Positions 50,910-59,563 of a stretch of DNA of 64,000 nt are shown here, one piece after another; position 1 is the first letter of the stretch, and every line of letters begins with the position of its first letter. The stretch spans positions 64,001 through 128,000 of the forward strand of contig CAVVOB010000022.1 of assembly GCA_963749655.1 (NCBI GenBank), given 5' to 3'. The notes beneath the pieces are model-generated. The model was not told where the DNA came from. It made no database searches and was given only the letters and a program-made list of their open reading frames with translations. The translations under genes and the position numbers were made by a program. Source of the DNA: Nitrospirota bacterium (lineage in GTDB: Bacteria > Nitrospirota > UBA9217).

Positions 50910-51710
50910 ATGAAGCGATGGACAGCAGCGGCATTCGCGGTCTTTTTTGCCTCGGGTTGCGCAGGCACGGTCGAGAAGCACTTCAAGGTTTTTACTGAGC
51001 CGGCTGACGCTGAAATCCGGGTTCTCTCAGGCACCGAGCTCAAGGAAATAAAATACCGTTCTCCCGCCACTATCATTGCCAAAGCTCCAACCGACCCCGA
51101 TCTGGCGAAGAAAGCCGTCCTTACCGTGCAGCGGGACAGCTATAAGTCCTTTACCATGCCGCTCATCAGCATCAAAGACGGTCAGACGCTCAGTATTAAG
51201 CTGGAGAAGCTCGTCCAGGTCCGGTACCGCCTTATGATTCAGCTGGTAAAGCCCGAAGCTTCCGATACGCTTCAGTTCCGGGATAAAACCTGTGCTTTTT
51301 CATTTGCCGTGGCCGACCAGGTGTTCCAGATGCAGTTCGAAAACCTGTCGCCTTTCAGTGCAAAGATACTGTGGGACCGCACGGAATATACCGATGTCTA
51401 CGGTCGTTCACATCGACTCATGCATTCCCGGATCCGCTACCCGGAAAGGAACAACCCTATCCCGGACCAGACGGTGCCGTCTCGTGCGACAGTGCAGGAA
51501 AGCGTGATCCCGATCAGCAGTGTGGTCGTTTCCCAGAAGAACAAGGGGTATGACCTGAAGCCGCTGTTTACGCTCGACAGTGAGGCGGCAGCGGGACTCA
51601 AAGGACATGTATTCAATCTCTTCATCCCGGTAGAAATAGACCGGCAGATCGTTCCGTACAATTTCAGGTTTCAAATAACAGAAACCATCAAAGAATCCGC
51701 GGGGAAATGA
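50910..51710 (+). CDS. Hypothetical lipoprotein (PEGA-like N-terminal segment)
   Basis: Lipobox FASGC, GGAGG Shine-Dalgarno, V.TEPADAEI segment. Confidence 0.75.
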   Translation: MKRWTAAAFAVFFASGCAGTVEKHFKVFTEPADAEIRVLSGTELKEIKYRSPATIIAKAPTDPDLAKKAVLTVQRDSYKSFTMPLISIKDGQTLSIKLEKLVQVRYRLMIQLVKPEASDTLQFRDKTCAFSFAVADQVFQMQFENLSPFSAKILWDRTEYTDVYGRSHRLMHSRIRYPERNNPIPDQTVPSRATVQESVIPISSVVVSQKNKGYDLKPLFTLDSEAAAGLKGHVFNLFIPVEIDRQIVPYNFRFQITETIKESAGK

Positions 51711-51770
51711 CAGCCCTCCGGTATGACCTACATCATAGCCTTTTTCGCCTGTCGGGAGTAGAATGGATTC

Positions 51771-52013
51771 ATGTTTAAAGAAGGCTGCCCCGGAAGCGCT
51801 GAAATACGATCGCCGAAACCGGAAGACATCCGGTGCCAGAAGTGCGGCGAGAAGATCGAGATCTGGAGCGATGAGCCCGAGACCCAGTGCAGAAAATGCG
51901 GGCACATGAACTCCCGGCCCATCGGCACTTCGTGCATCGAATGGTGCGCCTATGCCAAGGAATGTGTGGGCGCCGAGAAGCTCGAAAAGCTCCTGAAATC
52001 GTCAAAGGGCTGA
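51771..52013 (+). CDS. Small Cys-rich zinc-ribbon-like protein
   Basis: CPG...CQKCG..IEIWSDE....CRKCG...SCIEWC.YAKECVG, 8 Cys in 80 aa. Confidence 0.75.
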   Translation: MFKEGCPGSAEIRSPKPEDIRCQKCGEKIEIWSDEPETQCRKCGHMNSRPIGTSCIEWCAYAKECVGAEKLEKLLKSSKG

Positions 52014-52361
52014 GGTCCTGCCGAGGTCTGCGATCATTGCGGTCCCTCCGGCTGTGCCTGCGCCTTACCGCCTTGTCTCCCTTGTCAATTGTGCACAAGC
52101 GGGGTTCCCGGGAAGTCCTGCTTCTTAAGCCCTTCTCCGTTATTCTGTCCCTCCTCTGTTTTTCTCCATACCTCCTTGTCCCTGCCGGAAGCGACCCCGG
52201 CGCGGCGTCCGAGAACATGTCGCTGTCAGCCAAGGGCCGCGAGCTATGCGCTTTAATATGGCTTTTTGCGGGGAAATTATGTAACATTGTGGCAGGTTTA
52301 TCAAGGAGTACCTGAATATCCGTCTGCACTACGCGCGAATGCCCTGTGATCCCCTGAACGC

Positions 52362-54704
52362 ATGAAAGATCTTCCGATGTCCGAAGAACAACGGAACGCT
52401 GACCAGGCTTTGCAGATCCGCGCAGACCAGGTCAGACAACTTCACGAGAATGCGCCCCTCGGCATGATCGCGACGGTCGTTAACGCCGCGGCCCTGGCTT
52501 ACATTCTCAGGGACGTGGTCTCCCCTCAGCCCCTTGCCTTGTGGCTTGCCGGGCTGCTGCTTGTCACGGTGCTTCGCTGTTTCCTTGTATACCGGTTCCG
52601 CCGCCGGCCATTGTCTTCTTCAGAAACGGTCCGCTGGAGCCCGTCGTTTATCGCGGGCATGGCCCTGTCAGGCCTTGCCTGGGGCGCAGCCGGCGTCTTC
52701 CTCCTTCCCGCAGGTTCGTTGACCCACCAGGTTTTTATCGCCTTCGCTCTGGGCGGCATGGTCGCCGGCGCCGCAGGCACGTTTTCAGCCATCCGGAGCG
52801 CGTATCTGGCATACAGCATTCCGACGCTCGCCCCCCTGATCATCCGTTTTTTCGCCTTCGGCGACGAGATCCACGTCACCATGGGAGGGATGACCCTTCT
52901 CTTTGCGCTTCTCATCCATATTATGGCGCTGCGCGTACACAATATGTCCGTCCTGTCGCTCAAGCTGCGCTACGAAAACAGCAGCCTGGTGTCCTATCTG
53001 GCCTGTGCAAAGGAGCGTGCGGAGCAGCTGAATGAAAACCTCCGGGCCGAGATTGCCGAACGAACAAAGGCCGAGGAGTCCCTGCAAAAGCACCAGGACC
53101 ACCTGGAAGAAGTGGTGAAGGAGCGCACGGCTGAATGGGCCCAAGCCAACATTCGGCTCCAGGAGGAGATGGCGGCGCGCAATGTGGAGGAAGCCCTGCG
53201 CCGGTCAAGCGAGATTTATTTCCGGTCGCTCATTGAAAACGTCTCGGACCTCATCACCGTGCTGGACAGCGGCGCCAATATTCTCTTCGAGAGCCCGTCG
53301 ATCGAACGCCTGCTGGGATACCGTCAGGACGAGCTGGTCGGCACGAACGTCTTTTCGTTTCTCCATCCCGACGACCAATCGTCAGCCCGGGAGGCATTCG
53401 CCCGGATTGTCGCAACCCCCGGCAGCTCCGAGACGATCGAGATCCGGGTGCGCCACCAGAGCAGCGCATGGCGGATATTTGAATCGATCGGCAAAAGCAT
53501 TGTCGACGAGGCAGGGGCCGTGCGCATTGTCATCAATTCCCGGGACATTACGGACCGGAAGCGGATGGAAGAGGACCTCCTGAAGATCCAGAAGCTGGAA
53601 TCTCTCGGTACGCTCGCCGGCGGCATCGCTCATGATTTCAACAATATCATCTCGGGCATTACGGCCAATATCGAACTGGCCCGGATGCACGTGAACCGCG
53701 ACGATCTGCTCGCGACCATTCTCGAGAAGGCGGAGCAGGCGTCCGTACAGGCGCATGGCCTGACCCAGCAGCTTCTTACCTTTGCCCGCGGCGGCGGCCC
53801 GGTCAAGAAAACAATAAAAATTTCCGATCTGATCCGCGAAGCAGCGACCTTTGCCCTGCGGGGGGCTCCTTCCACCGCGACCTTTTCCCTCTCCGACGAT
53901 ATGCGTTCCGTCGAGGCGGATGCCGGGCAGCTTCGTCAGGTCATCCATAACATTGTAAGCAATGCCGATCAGGCCATGCCTCGGGGCGGGCAGATCCTGA
54001 TCTGCGGCAGGAACGTGACGATCGGGGAGGGCGCCAGCACGACTCTCGAGCACGGGGATTATGTCGAGGTGACCATTTCAGACCAGGGCATCGGCATTCC
54101 CCCGGAGCATGTTACGAAAATCTTCGACCCCTATTTTACGACGAAGCAGCGGGGGAGCGGTCTGGGCCTCGCTACGGCCTATTCTATCGTTAAAAAGCAC
54201 AGCGGCAGCATCACCGTGTCGTCCGAGCTGGGCAGGGGAACAACAATATCGTTCTATCTTCCGGCCTCTGCGCAGGCGGCTGCCGCTTCGGCTCCCCCGG
54301 GCAGCCCCCTGGTACAGGGAAAGGGAAGAATCCTGATCATGGACGATGAGGCCGTCGTTCGAGACGCCGCGGGGAGGACCCTGGAGAGCGCGGGCTACGA
54401 AGTGGAGTCAGCGCAGGAAGGGACCGAAGCAATAGCGCTCTATTGCCGTGCGCGCGAGTCCGGCAGGCCCTTCGACGTGGTTATCATGGACCTTACCGTA
54501 CCCGGCGGCGTCGGCGGGAAGGACGCCGTAAAAAAACTGCTTGAGATAGATCCCGCGGCAAAGGCAATCGTCTCAAGCGGATATTCTCAAGACCCGGTTA
54601 TGGCGAACTACCGCGACTACGGCTTTCTGGCGGTCATCTCAAAACCCTTCTTTGTTCGTGAAATGACCGAGATCGTCGCGAAGGTCGTGGCGATGAAGGC
54701 CTGA
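52362..54704 (+). CDS. Membrane-bound PAS hybrid sensor histidine kinase
   Basis: TM region, coiled coil, [24 protein letters not shown] and receiver IMDLTVPG. Confidence 0.93.
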   Translation: MKDLPMSEEQRNADQALQIRADQVRQLHENAPLGMIATVVNAAALAYILRDVVSPQPLALWLAGLLLVTVLRCFLVYRFRRRPLSSSETVRWSPSFIAGMALSGLAWGAAGVFLLPAGSLTHQVFIAFALGGMVAGAAGTFSAIRSAYLAYSIPTLAPLIIRFFAFGDEIHVTMGGMTLLFALLIHIMALRVHNMSVLSLKLRYENSSLVSYLACAKERAEQLNENLRAEIAERTKAEESLQKHQDHLEEVVKERTAEWAQANIRLQEEMAARNVEEALRRSSEIYFRSLIENVSDLITVLDSGANILFESPSIERLLGYRQDELVGTNVFSFLHPDDQSSAREAFARIVATPGSSETIEIRVRHQSSAWRIFESIGKSIVDEAGAVRIVINSRDITDRKRMEEDLLKIQKLESLGTLAGGIAHDFNNIISGITANIELARMHVNRDDLLATILEKAEQASVQAHGLTQQLLTFARGGGPVKKTIKISDLIREAATFALRGAPSTATFSLSDDMRSVEADAGQLRQVIHNIVSNADQAMPRGGQILICGRNVTIGEGASTTLEHGDYVEVTISDQGIGIPPEHVTKIFDPYFTTKQRGSGLGLATAYSIVKKHSGSITVSSELGRGTTISFYLPASAQAAAASAPPGSPLVQGKGRILIMDDEAVVRDAAGRTLESAGYEVESAQEGTEAIALYCRARESGRPFDVVIMDLTVPGGVGGKDAVKKLLEIDPAAKAIVSSGYSQDPVMANYRDYGFLAVISKPFFVREMTEIVAKVVAMKA

Positions 54705-54736
54705 AGTCCGGGGGATTATTCCTACGGTCGCAGAAT

Positions 54737-54767
54737 AAAAAAAGGCGCCTTTTCAGGCGCCTTTTTT
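54737..54767. terminator. Bidirectional intrinsic terminator
   Basis: A-tract, GGCGCCT-TTTC-AGGCGCC stem, T-tract, between convergent genes. Confidence 0.9.
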
Positions 54768-54786
54768 GTGTTCAGTCAGAACTGTC

Positions 54787-56994
54787 CTACCATGTTTCCG
54801 TTCCGTGGCAGCTGGGACTGCAGGTCGCGCCGTTGAAGTTGACGGAGCTCTTTATCGTCGCCGAAGCGGTCGCTTCCGATATCGGCGCAGTCAGAGACGT
54901 AAAGTGGCTCCCTGCCAGCTTCGTCGTATCGTGGCAGTCAGTGCACGCCCTTTGTTCACTGTAAACGTGACGCCGATGCTGGCCCGAGTAGTAGCTGTTG
55001 TTCTCCGGGCTGCCTGATGAGGAGCCGAGGACGTGGCATGCGGTGCACTGCGAGTTCACATCGATGGTTCCGGTGAGCCAGGACGGAGTGGAACCCGGTG
55101 TCGACTGGGGGGGATTCTGACCGGCCTGGGTCGATGTCTGCGTTCTTGATCCTCCGTGGCAGGAGATGTTCGAGCAGGTGTAGGTCGATGCATTGTACGA
55201 GGCCGTTCCTGATTTCGCATTATAGGTCGCGTCGAGGATCACATCAACGACATTGTTGAAATGATATGCTGTGCCCGAACCTGCGCCCTGATGGCAGGTG
55301 CCGCAGACAACAGACGAGTTGACGTTTGCATGAGGAGCGTGGCTGCCGGCAACGTTGGGGAAGGTTGTCCCGGACGGCGGCGTCCCGTGGCAGGACGCGC
55401 AGTCGCTTGTATTGATCGGCCAGGAGTGGCACGAAGCACATGACGGGCCGCTCGAGGAGACGCCGGTCAGATTTGTTCCATGACAATAGACGTTCGAACA
55501 GGAAGTCGTTCCGTTTGCGTAGGCATAGGCACTGTGGTTCCGCTGTACATCGGGGTACCAGCTGAGAAGGTGGACCTTGGTCTGGTCCTGCATATGGCAG
55601 CTCTTGCAGGCCACATGGGTGCCGCCGCCAAGGTAGTCCGTGCCGTGGCATTTCTGGCAGACCGTGTTGTCTGCAAGCGCCGATGTCTTATGGTCCGCGA
55701 CGACCCAAGCTGCCGCAGGATGGTCCAGGCCCGGTCCATTATGGCAGCTGTAACAACTCGTGCCGGTTGTTCCTCCCTGGTAGTCCGAGCCGTGGCAGGT
55801 TTTGCAGACGGAGAAATCCTGTTCCGCACTGACGCCGTGTTGTGTCGGGTCGGACCAGCCGGCAGGGTGGCCGACCTGAGCATGACAGAGCGTGCTGTTG
55901 AAACACCCGGGAGCGGTCCCTGCTGCCGCGGGCGGAGAAGGCTGCACCGAGGAGTTTGCGCCGTTCGTATGACAGAGCGCGCAGACCGTGGCGTTTCCTT
56001 CATTCGTGGTCGTATGGGTATAGGTGCCGTCGCGCCAGGGCTTGGGCGGATGGGGCGCGTTCACGCCGTGGCAGGAGGAACAGGCCGTGTTGGCAATGCC
56101 GCCGGAGAAGTCGGTGCCGTGGCACTCCTGGCATGAAGCAAAGCCGTTTGCCTGGGATTTTGCGCTGGCTCCGTGCTGGGCCGGGTCGGACCAGCCCGCA
56201 GCGTGGCCCACCGTTCCGTGGCAGAGCGTGTTGTTAAAACATCCGGGAGCGGTCCTTGCTGCCGCGGCCGGAGAAGGCTGCACCGAGGAGTTCGCGCCGT
56301 TCGTATGGCAGAGCGCGCAGACCGTGGCGTTCCCTTCATTCGTGGTCGTATGGGTATAGGTGCTGTCGCGCCAGGGCGCGGCCGGATGGGGCGCGTTCAC
56401 GCCGTGGCAGGAGGAACAGGCCGTGTTGGCAATGCCGCCGGAGAAGTCGGTGCCGTGGCACTCCTGGCATGAAGCAAAGCCGTTTGCCTGGGATTTTGCG
56501 CTGGCGCCGTGCTGGGCCGGGTCGGACCAGCCCGCAGCGTGGCCCACTGTCCCGTGGCAGAGCGTGTTGTTGAAACATCCGGGAGCGGTCCCTGCTGCCG
56601 CGGCCGGAGAAGGCTGCACCGAGGAATTCGCGCCGTTCGTATGGCAGAGCGCGCAGATCGAGGCATTCCCTTCGTCTGTCGATGTGTGCGTGTACGTGCT
56701 GCTGTCGCGCCAGGGCTTGGGCGGATGGGGCGCATTCACGCCGTGGCAGGAAGAACAGGCCGTATCGGCCATGCCGCCGGAGAAGTCGGAGCCATGGCAC
56801 TCCTGGCATGAAGAAAAGCCGTCGGCTTTCTTGGCCGCAGCGCCATGGGTACCTGCGCCGGACCAGCCTGCCGCATGGCGGCCCGTTGCGGGATCGATGA
56901 CCCTGTCTTTGCTTGCCGTGCTGCACGCCGCAGCGAGCATGATCAGGCCCGCACAGGACATGATGAGAACAACTATCCTCGTTCTGGAAAACAT
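54787..56994 (-). CDS. Multiheme c-type cytochrome lipoprotein (CxxCH / CxxxxCH type)
   Basis: Lipobox LAAAC. I count 18 CxxCH, 3 CX5CH, 2 CX4CH and 1 CX3CH in 735 aa. Confidence 0.92.
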   Translation of the reverse strand: MFSRTRIVVLIMSCAGLIMLAAACSTASKDRVIDPATGRHAAGWSGAGTHGAAAKKADGFSSCQECHGSDFSGGMADTACSSCHGVNAPHPPKPWRDSSTYTHTSTDEGNASICALCHTNGANSSVQPSPAAAAGTAPGCFNNTLCHGTVGHAAGWSDPAQHGASAKSQANGFASCQECHGTDFSGGIANTACSSCHGVNAPHPAAPWRDSTYTHTTTNEGNATVCALCHTNGANSSVQPSPAAAARTAPGCFNNTLCHGTVGHAAGWSDPAQHGASAKSQANGFASCQECHGTDFSGGIANTACSSCHGVNAPHPPKPWRDGTYTHTTTNEGNATVCALCHTNGANSSVQPSPPAAAGTAPGCFNSTLCHAQVGHPAGWSDPTQHGVSAEQDFSVCKTCHGSDYQGGTTGTSCYSCHNGPGLDHPAAAWVVADHKTSALADNTVCQKCHGTDYLGGGTHVACKSCHMQDQTKVHLLSWYPDVQRNHSAYAYANGTTSCSNVYCHGTNLTGVSSSGPSCASCHSWPINTSDCASCHGTPPSGTTFPNVAGSHAPHANVNSSVVCGTCHQGAGSGTAYHFNNVVDVILDATYNAKSGTASYNASTYTCSNISCHGGSRTQTSTQAGQNPPQSTPGSTPSWLTGTIDVNSQCTACHVLGSSSGSPENNSYYSGQHRRHVYSEQRACTDCHDTTKLAGSHFTSLTAPISEATASATIKSSVNFNGATCSPSCHGTETW
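55860..56870 (-). repeat. Three tandem ~336-bp (112-aa) intragenic repeats
   Basis: The unit H.AGWS..CQECH..CSSCH..CALCH..CFNNTLCH recurs with near-identical DNA at a 336-bp period. Boundaries approximate. Confidence 0.9.
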
Positions 56995-57075
56995 ACGTTC
57001 TGGAACCTCTCTCTTTTTTTTGGGTTTTCAGGGGGTACTACTTAAGTTAGGATGAAAACTGTCCCGATTTTAATT

Positions 57076-57104
57076 ATCGTAACGCTCTCACGCATGGCCG
57101 TCAA
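57076..57104 (-). promoter_or_regulatory. Sigma70-type promoter for the cytochrome gene
   Basis: Minus strand TTGACG, 17 nt, TACGAT. Confidence 0.55.
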
Positions 57105-57325
57105 TAGCTAATTGTGATTTGAACGTCGATTTTTGGCCGAAAGGATTACGGCTTCAGGTCCGGTCCGTTTTCATTGTTCGGGAAAATATGTACGTCAGGA
57201 AACAGATGAGAAAAGACTATTCTGCTTCGGCGGGTACATTTTAACGAGAGTTGAAGTCCTTTCGGGATGGGGGCGCTCTGTGGCTGCGAGAAAGGTGATT
57301 GGATGCCGGTTTTATCCGGGAAATG

Positions 57326-57361
57326 CTTCGCGTCTCCGTCCGGGAGCCCGGAGACGCGAAG
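57326..57361 (-). terminator. Strong hairpin after the Ig-repeat gene
   Basis: CTTCGCGTCTCCG...CGGAGACGCGAAG 13-bp stem with only a short U-tract. Confidence 0.5.
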
Positions 57362-57382
57362 TGGGATCATCATTCACTCCGA

Positions 57383-59362
57383 CTACAATGTTTTCCATAC
57401 CTCGTTCGAATAGCTGCTTTCCTGGCCGGAAATGTCAAGGTCGGTCACGGCGAAATAATACGTTCCCGCAGAGAGGTTCAAAGTATAGGTGACTACCGAC
57501 ACCCCGGGATTGGGAACGTCCACGGTTTTGTTGTAGCTCAGAGACGACGTTCCATAGTAGATCCGGTAGCTGCTGACGGCTGTCAGCGAACTCAGGGTTG
57601 ACCCGTCCACATAGGTCGTCGGAGCGTCCCAGGTCAGCGTCAGCGCACTGGTTCCTGCCACGACGGTGAGACCGGTGGTTCCTGAAACGCCGCCTGATGT
57701 CGCCGTGATAGAGGCGGATCCGGCAGCTACTCCGGAAGCAAGTCCCTTGGAACCTGAAGCGTTGCTGATGGTCGCAACGCCGGTGCTGGAAGAGCTCCAA
57801 GTCGCTGAGTTCGTCAGGACCTGCGTAGAACCGTCCGTATACGCGCCCGTTGCAACGAACTGCTGTGTCGTTCCCGCGCCGATGCTTGGATTGGACGGTG
57901 TGACGGCGATGGAGACCAGGGTCGCCGAGGTCACCGCGAGAGTGGTCGAGCCCAAGACGCTGCCCGACGTTGCCGTTATCGTGGTTGAGCCGACTGCCAC
58001 GCTGGTTGCCGCGCCCCGGGCGCCTGTTGCATTGCTGATGGTTGCAATACCGGTGCTGGAAGAGCTCCAGGTCACCGAATTCGTCAGTACCTGCGTAGAA
58101 CCGTCGGTGTAGGTGCCGGTGGCTGCGAACTGCTGTGCCGTTCCCTTGGCGATGCTGGGATTGGACGGCGTCACCGCGATGGATATGAGTGTCGCCGAGG
58201 TCACCGTGAGGGCGGCTGAACCAGAAATGCTGCCCGACGATGCCGCGACTGTGGTTGAGCCGACAGCCAGGGAAGTTGCCGCGCCCTGAGAACCTGCAGC
58301 ATTGCTGACGGTCGCAACTGCCTGATTTGAAGATTCCCAAGCTACCGAGTTCGTAAGGGTCTGCGTGGACCCGTCGGAGTAGGTGCCAATGGCAACGAAC
58401 TGCTGTGCTGTTCCCTTGGCGATGCTGGGGCTGGACGGTGTGACAGCGATGGAGACCAGGGTCGCCGAGGTCACCGTGAGGGTGGTCGAGCCTGAGATGC
58501 CGCCTGATGTTGCCGAGATCGTGGTGGAGCCGACTGCCACAGATGTTACTGCGCCCCGGGAACCTGAATCGTTGCTGATCGATGCAACGCCGGTGCTGGA
58601 AGAGCTCCACGACACGCCTTCCGTCAGATCCTGCACCGAGTTGTCCGAGAAAGTGCCGGTGGCGATAAACTGCTGGGCGGTTCCCTTGGCAATACTGGGA
58701 TTGGTCGGTGTGACCGAGATGGAGGCCAGGGTCACCGAGGTTACTGTCAGGGTGGCCGAGGCCGAGATATTTTCGGACGCTGCCGTGATCGTTGTTGAAC
58801 CGGCGCTCACAGCCGTGGCCAGTCCGCTGCTGACCGTTGCTACGGCCTGGCTCGAAGAGGTCCATACTGCTGATGCCGTCAAGTCCTGCGTCGTACCGTC
58901 TGAAAAAGTGCCGACGGCCGTAAATCTCTGCGTCGTACCCTTGGCGATGGATCCCCCTGTGGGAGTGACTGCGATGGAGACCAGCGTTGCATCGGTTACG
59001 CTGACCGTGGTATCAGCCTCAATGTCGCCCGAGGAGGCCTTGATGGTGGCAGAGCCGGATTTTTTTCCCTTTACGTGGCCCGGGCTGTCGATCTCGGCTG
59101 TCGATGAGTCGGAGGAAGTCCAGGTGACGTACTTGGTCAGGTCCCGCGTCGACTTGTCGGAGTACACGCCCGTGGCAACGAACTGTTGATCGGTGTTTTT
59201 TGCCAACGCCGCATTGACCGGGGTAATAGAAATGGAGGCGAGCGTCGCTCCGTCCCCGGTTCCCTTTGACGGCCCCTGGGGGCTGCCGGCGCCGCACGCT
59301 GCCAGGCCTGCTGCAATCAGCGAAACCGTCAGTAGAAAGAAGCCCGTCCTTGACTTGATCAT
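57383..59362 (-). CDS. Surface lipoprotein with six Big_2 (Lig-like) Ig repeats and a C-terminal FN3-like domain
   Basis: Lipobox LAAC, six L.SI.VTP..SIAKGT.QQF.A.G.YSDGS..LT..V.WSSS units, C-terminal LTWDAP..YRIYYG..YYFAVT..ESSYSNEV. GAGGAGG Shine-Dalgarno before the ATG at 59362. Confidence 0.9.
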   Translation of the reverse strand: MIKSRTGFFLLTVSLIAAGLAACGAGSPQGPSKGTGDGATLASISITPVNAALAKNTDQQFVATGVYSDKSTRDLTKYVTWTSSDSSTAEIDSPGHVKGKKSGSATIKASSGDIEADTTVSVTDATLVSIAVTPTGGSIAKGTTQRFTAVGTFSDGTTQDLTASAVWTSSSQAVATVSSGLATAVSAGSTTITAASENISASATLTVTSVTLASISVTPTNPSIAKGTAQQFIATGTFSDNSVQDLTEGVSWSSSSTGVASISNDSGSRGAVTSVAVGSTTISATSGGISGSTTLTVTSATLVSIAVTPSSPSIAKGTAQQFVAIGTYSDGSTQTLTNSVAWESSNQAVATVSNAAGSQGAATSLAVGSTTVAASSGSISGSAALTVTSATLISIAVTPSNPSIAKGTAQQFAATGTYTDGSTQVLTNSVTWSSSSTGIATISNATGARGAATSVAVGSTTITATSGSVLGSTTLAVTSATLVSIAVTPSNPSIGAGTTQQFVATGAYTDGSTQVLTNSATWSSSSTGVATISNASGSKGLASGVAAGSASITATSGGVSGTTGLTVVAGTSALTLTWDAPTTYVDGSTLSSLTAVSSYRIYYGTSSLSYNKTVDVPNPGVSVVTYTLNLSAGTYYFAVTDLDISGQESSYSNEVWKTL

Positions 59363-59406
59363 GTTGTTTTCCTCCTCTGCTAGAGCGATTAATAAACCGG
59401 TGATCA

Positions 59407-59498
59407 TCTCTGGCGGCTCGGCGGACATTGGAGCTTGATGCTCGTTAGTCCCGTTGCTCTGCGTCCCAGGGTTTCCCCTGGTTTGCTCTGAGCAGAGA
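59407..59498 (-). ncRNA. GEMM-I (c-di-GMP-I family) riboswitch, A20 variant predicted to bind 3',3'-cGAMP
   Basis: Minus strand UCUCUG CUCAG A GCAAACC AGGG GAAA CCCU GG GACGC AGAGC AACGGGACUAAC GAGC AUCAA GCUC CAAUGUCCGCCGAGCCG C CAGAGA. P1, P2 with GAAA tetraloop, P3 and the GACGC-A core are all present. Confidence 0.88.
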
Positions 59499-59563
59499 AG
59501 GTCTCGAACATGGATTTCAGCGCCGGCTATCACCAGGGCCCATGCCCTTCATTCATTGGCCGC

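Noticed and set aside
52140-52178. Minus-strand AAGGAGGT followed by a 9-codon ORF (MEKNRGGTE)
   Set aside because: Too short to evaluate, lies in a purine-rich tract where Shine-Dalgarno-like strings arise by chance, and has no supporting context.
57113-57128. CRP-like site upstream of the cytochrome promoter
   Set aside because: Only one half-site (TGTGA) matches and its spacing is not a standard activating position.
55860-59220. Repeats in the cytochrome and Ig genes as a CRISPR array or mobile element
   Set aside because: They are in-frame protein domain repeats (336-bp and 270-bp periods) without spacers, terminal repeats or cas/transposase genes.
59363-59533. 57-aa N-terminal extension of the Ig-repeat ORF given by the ORF track
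   Set aside because: It overlaps the riboswitch. The ATG at 59362 has a strong Shine-Dalgarno and begins a proper lipoprotein signal peptide.
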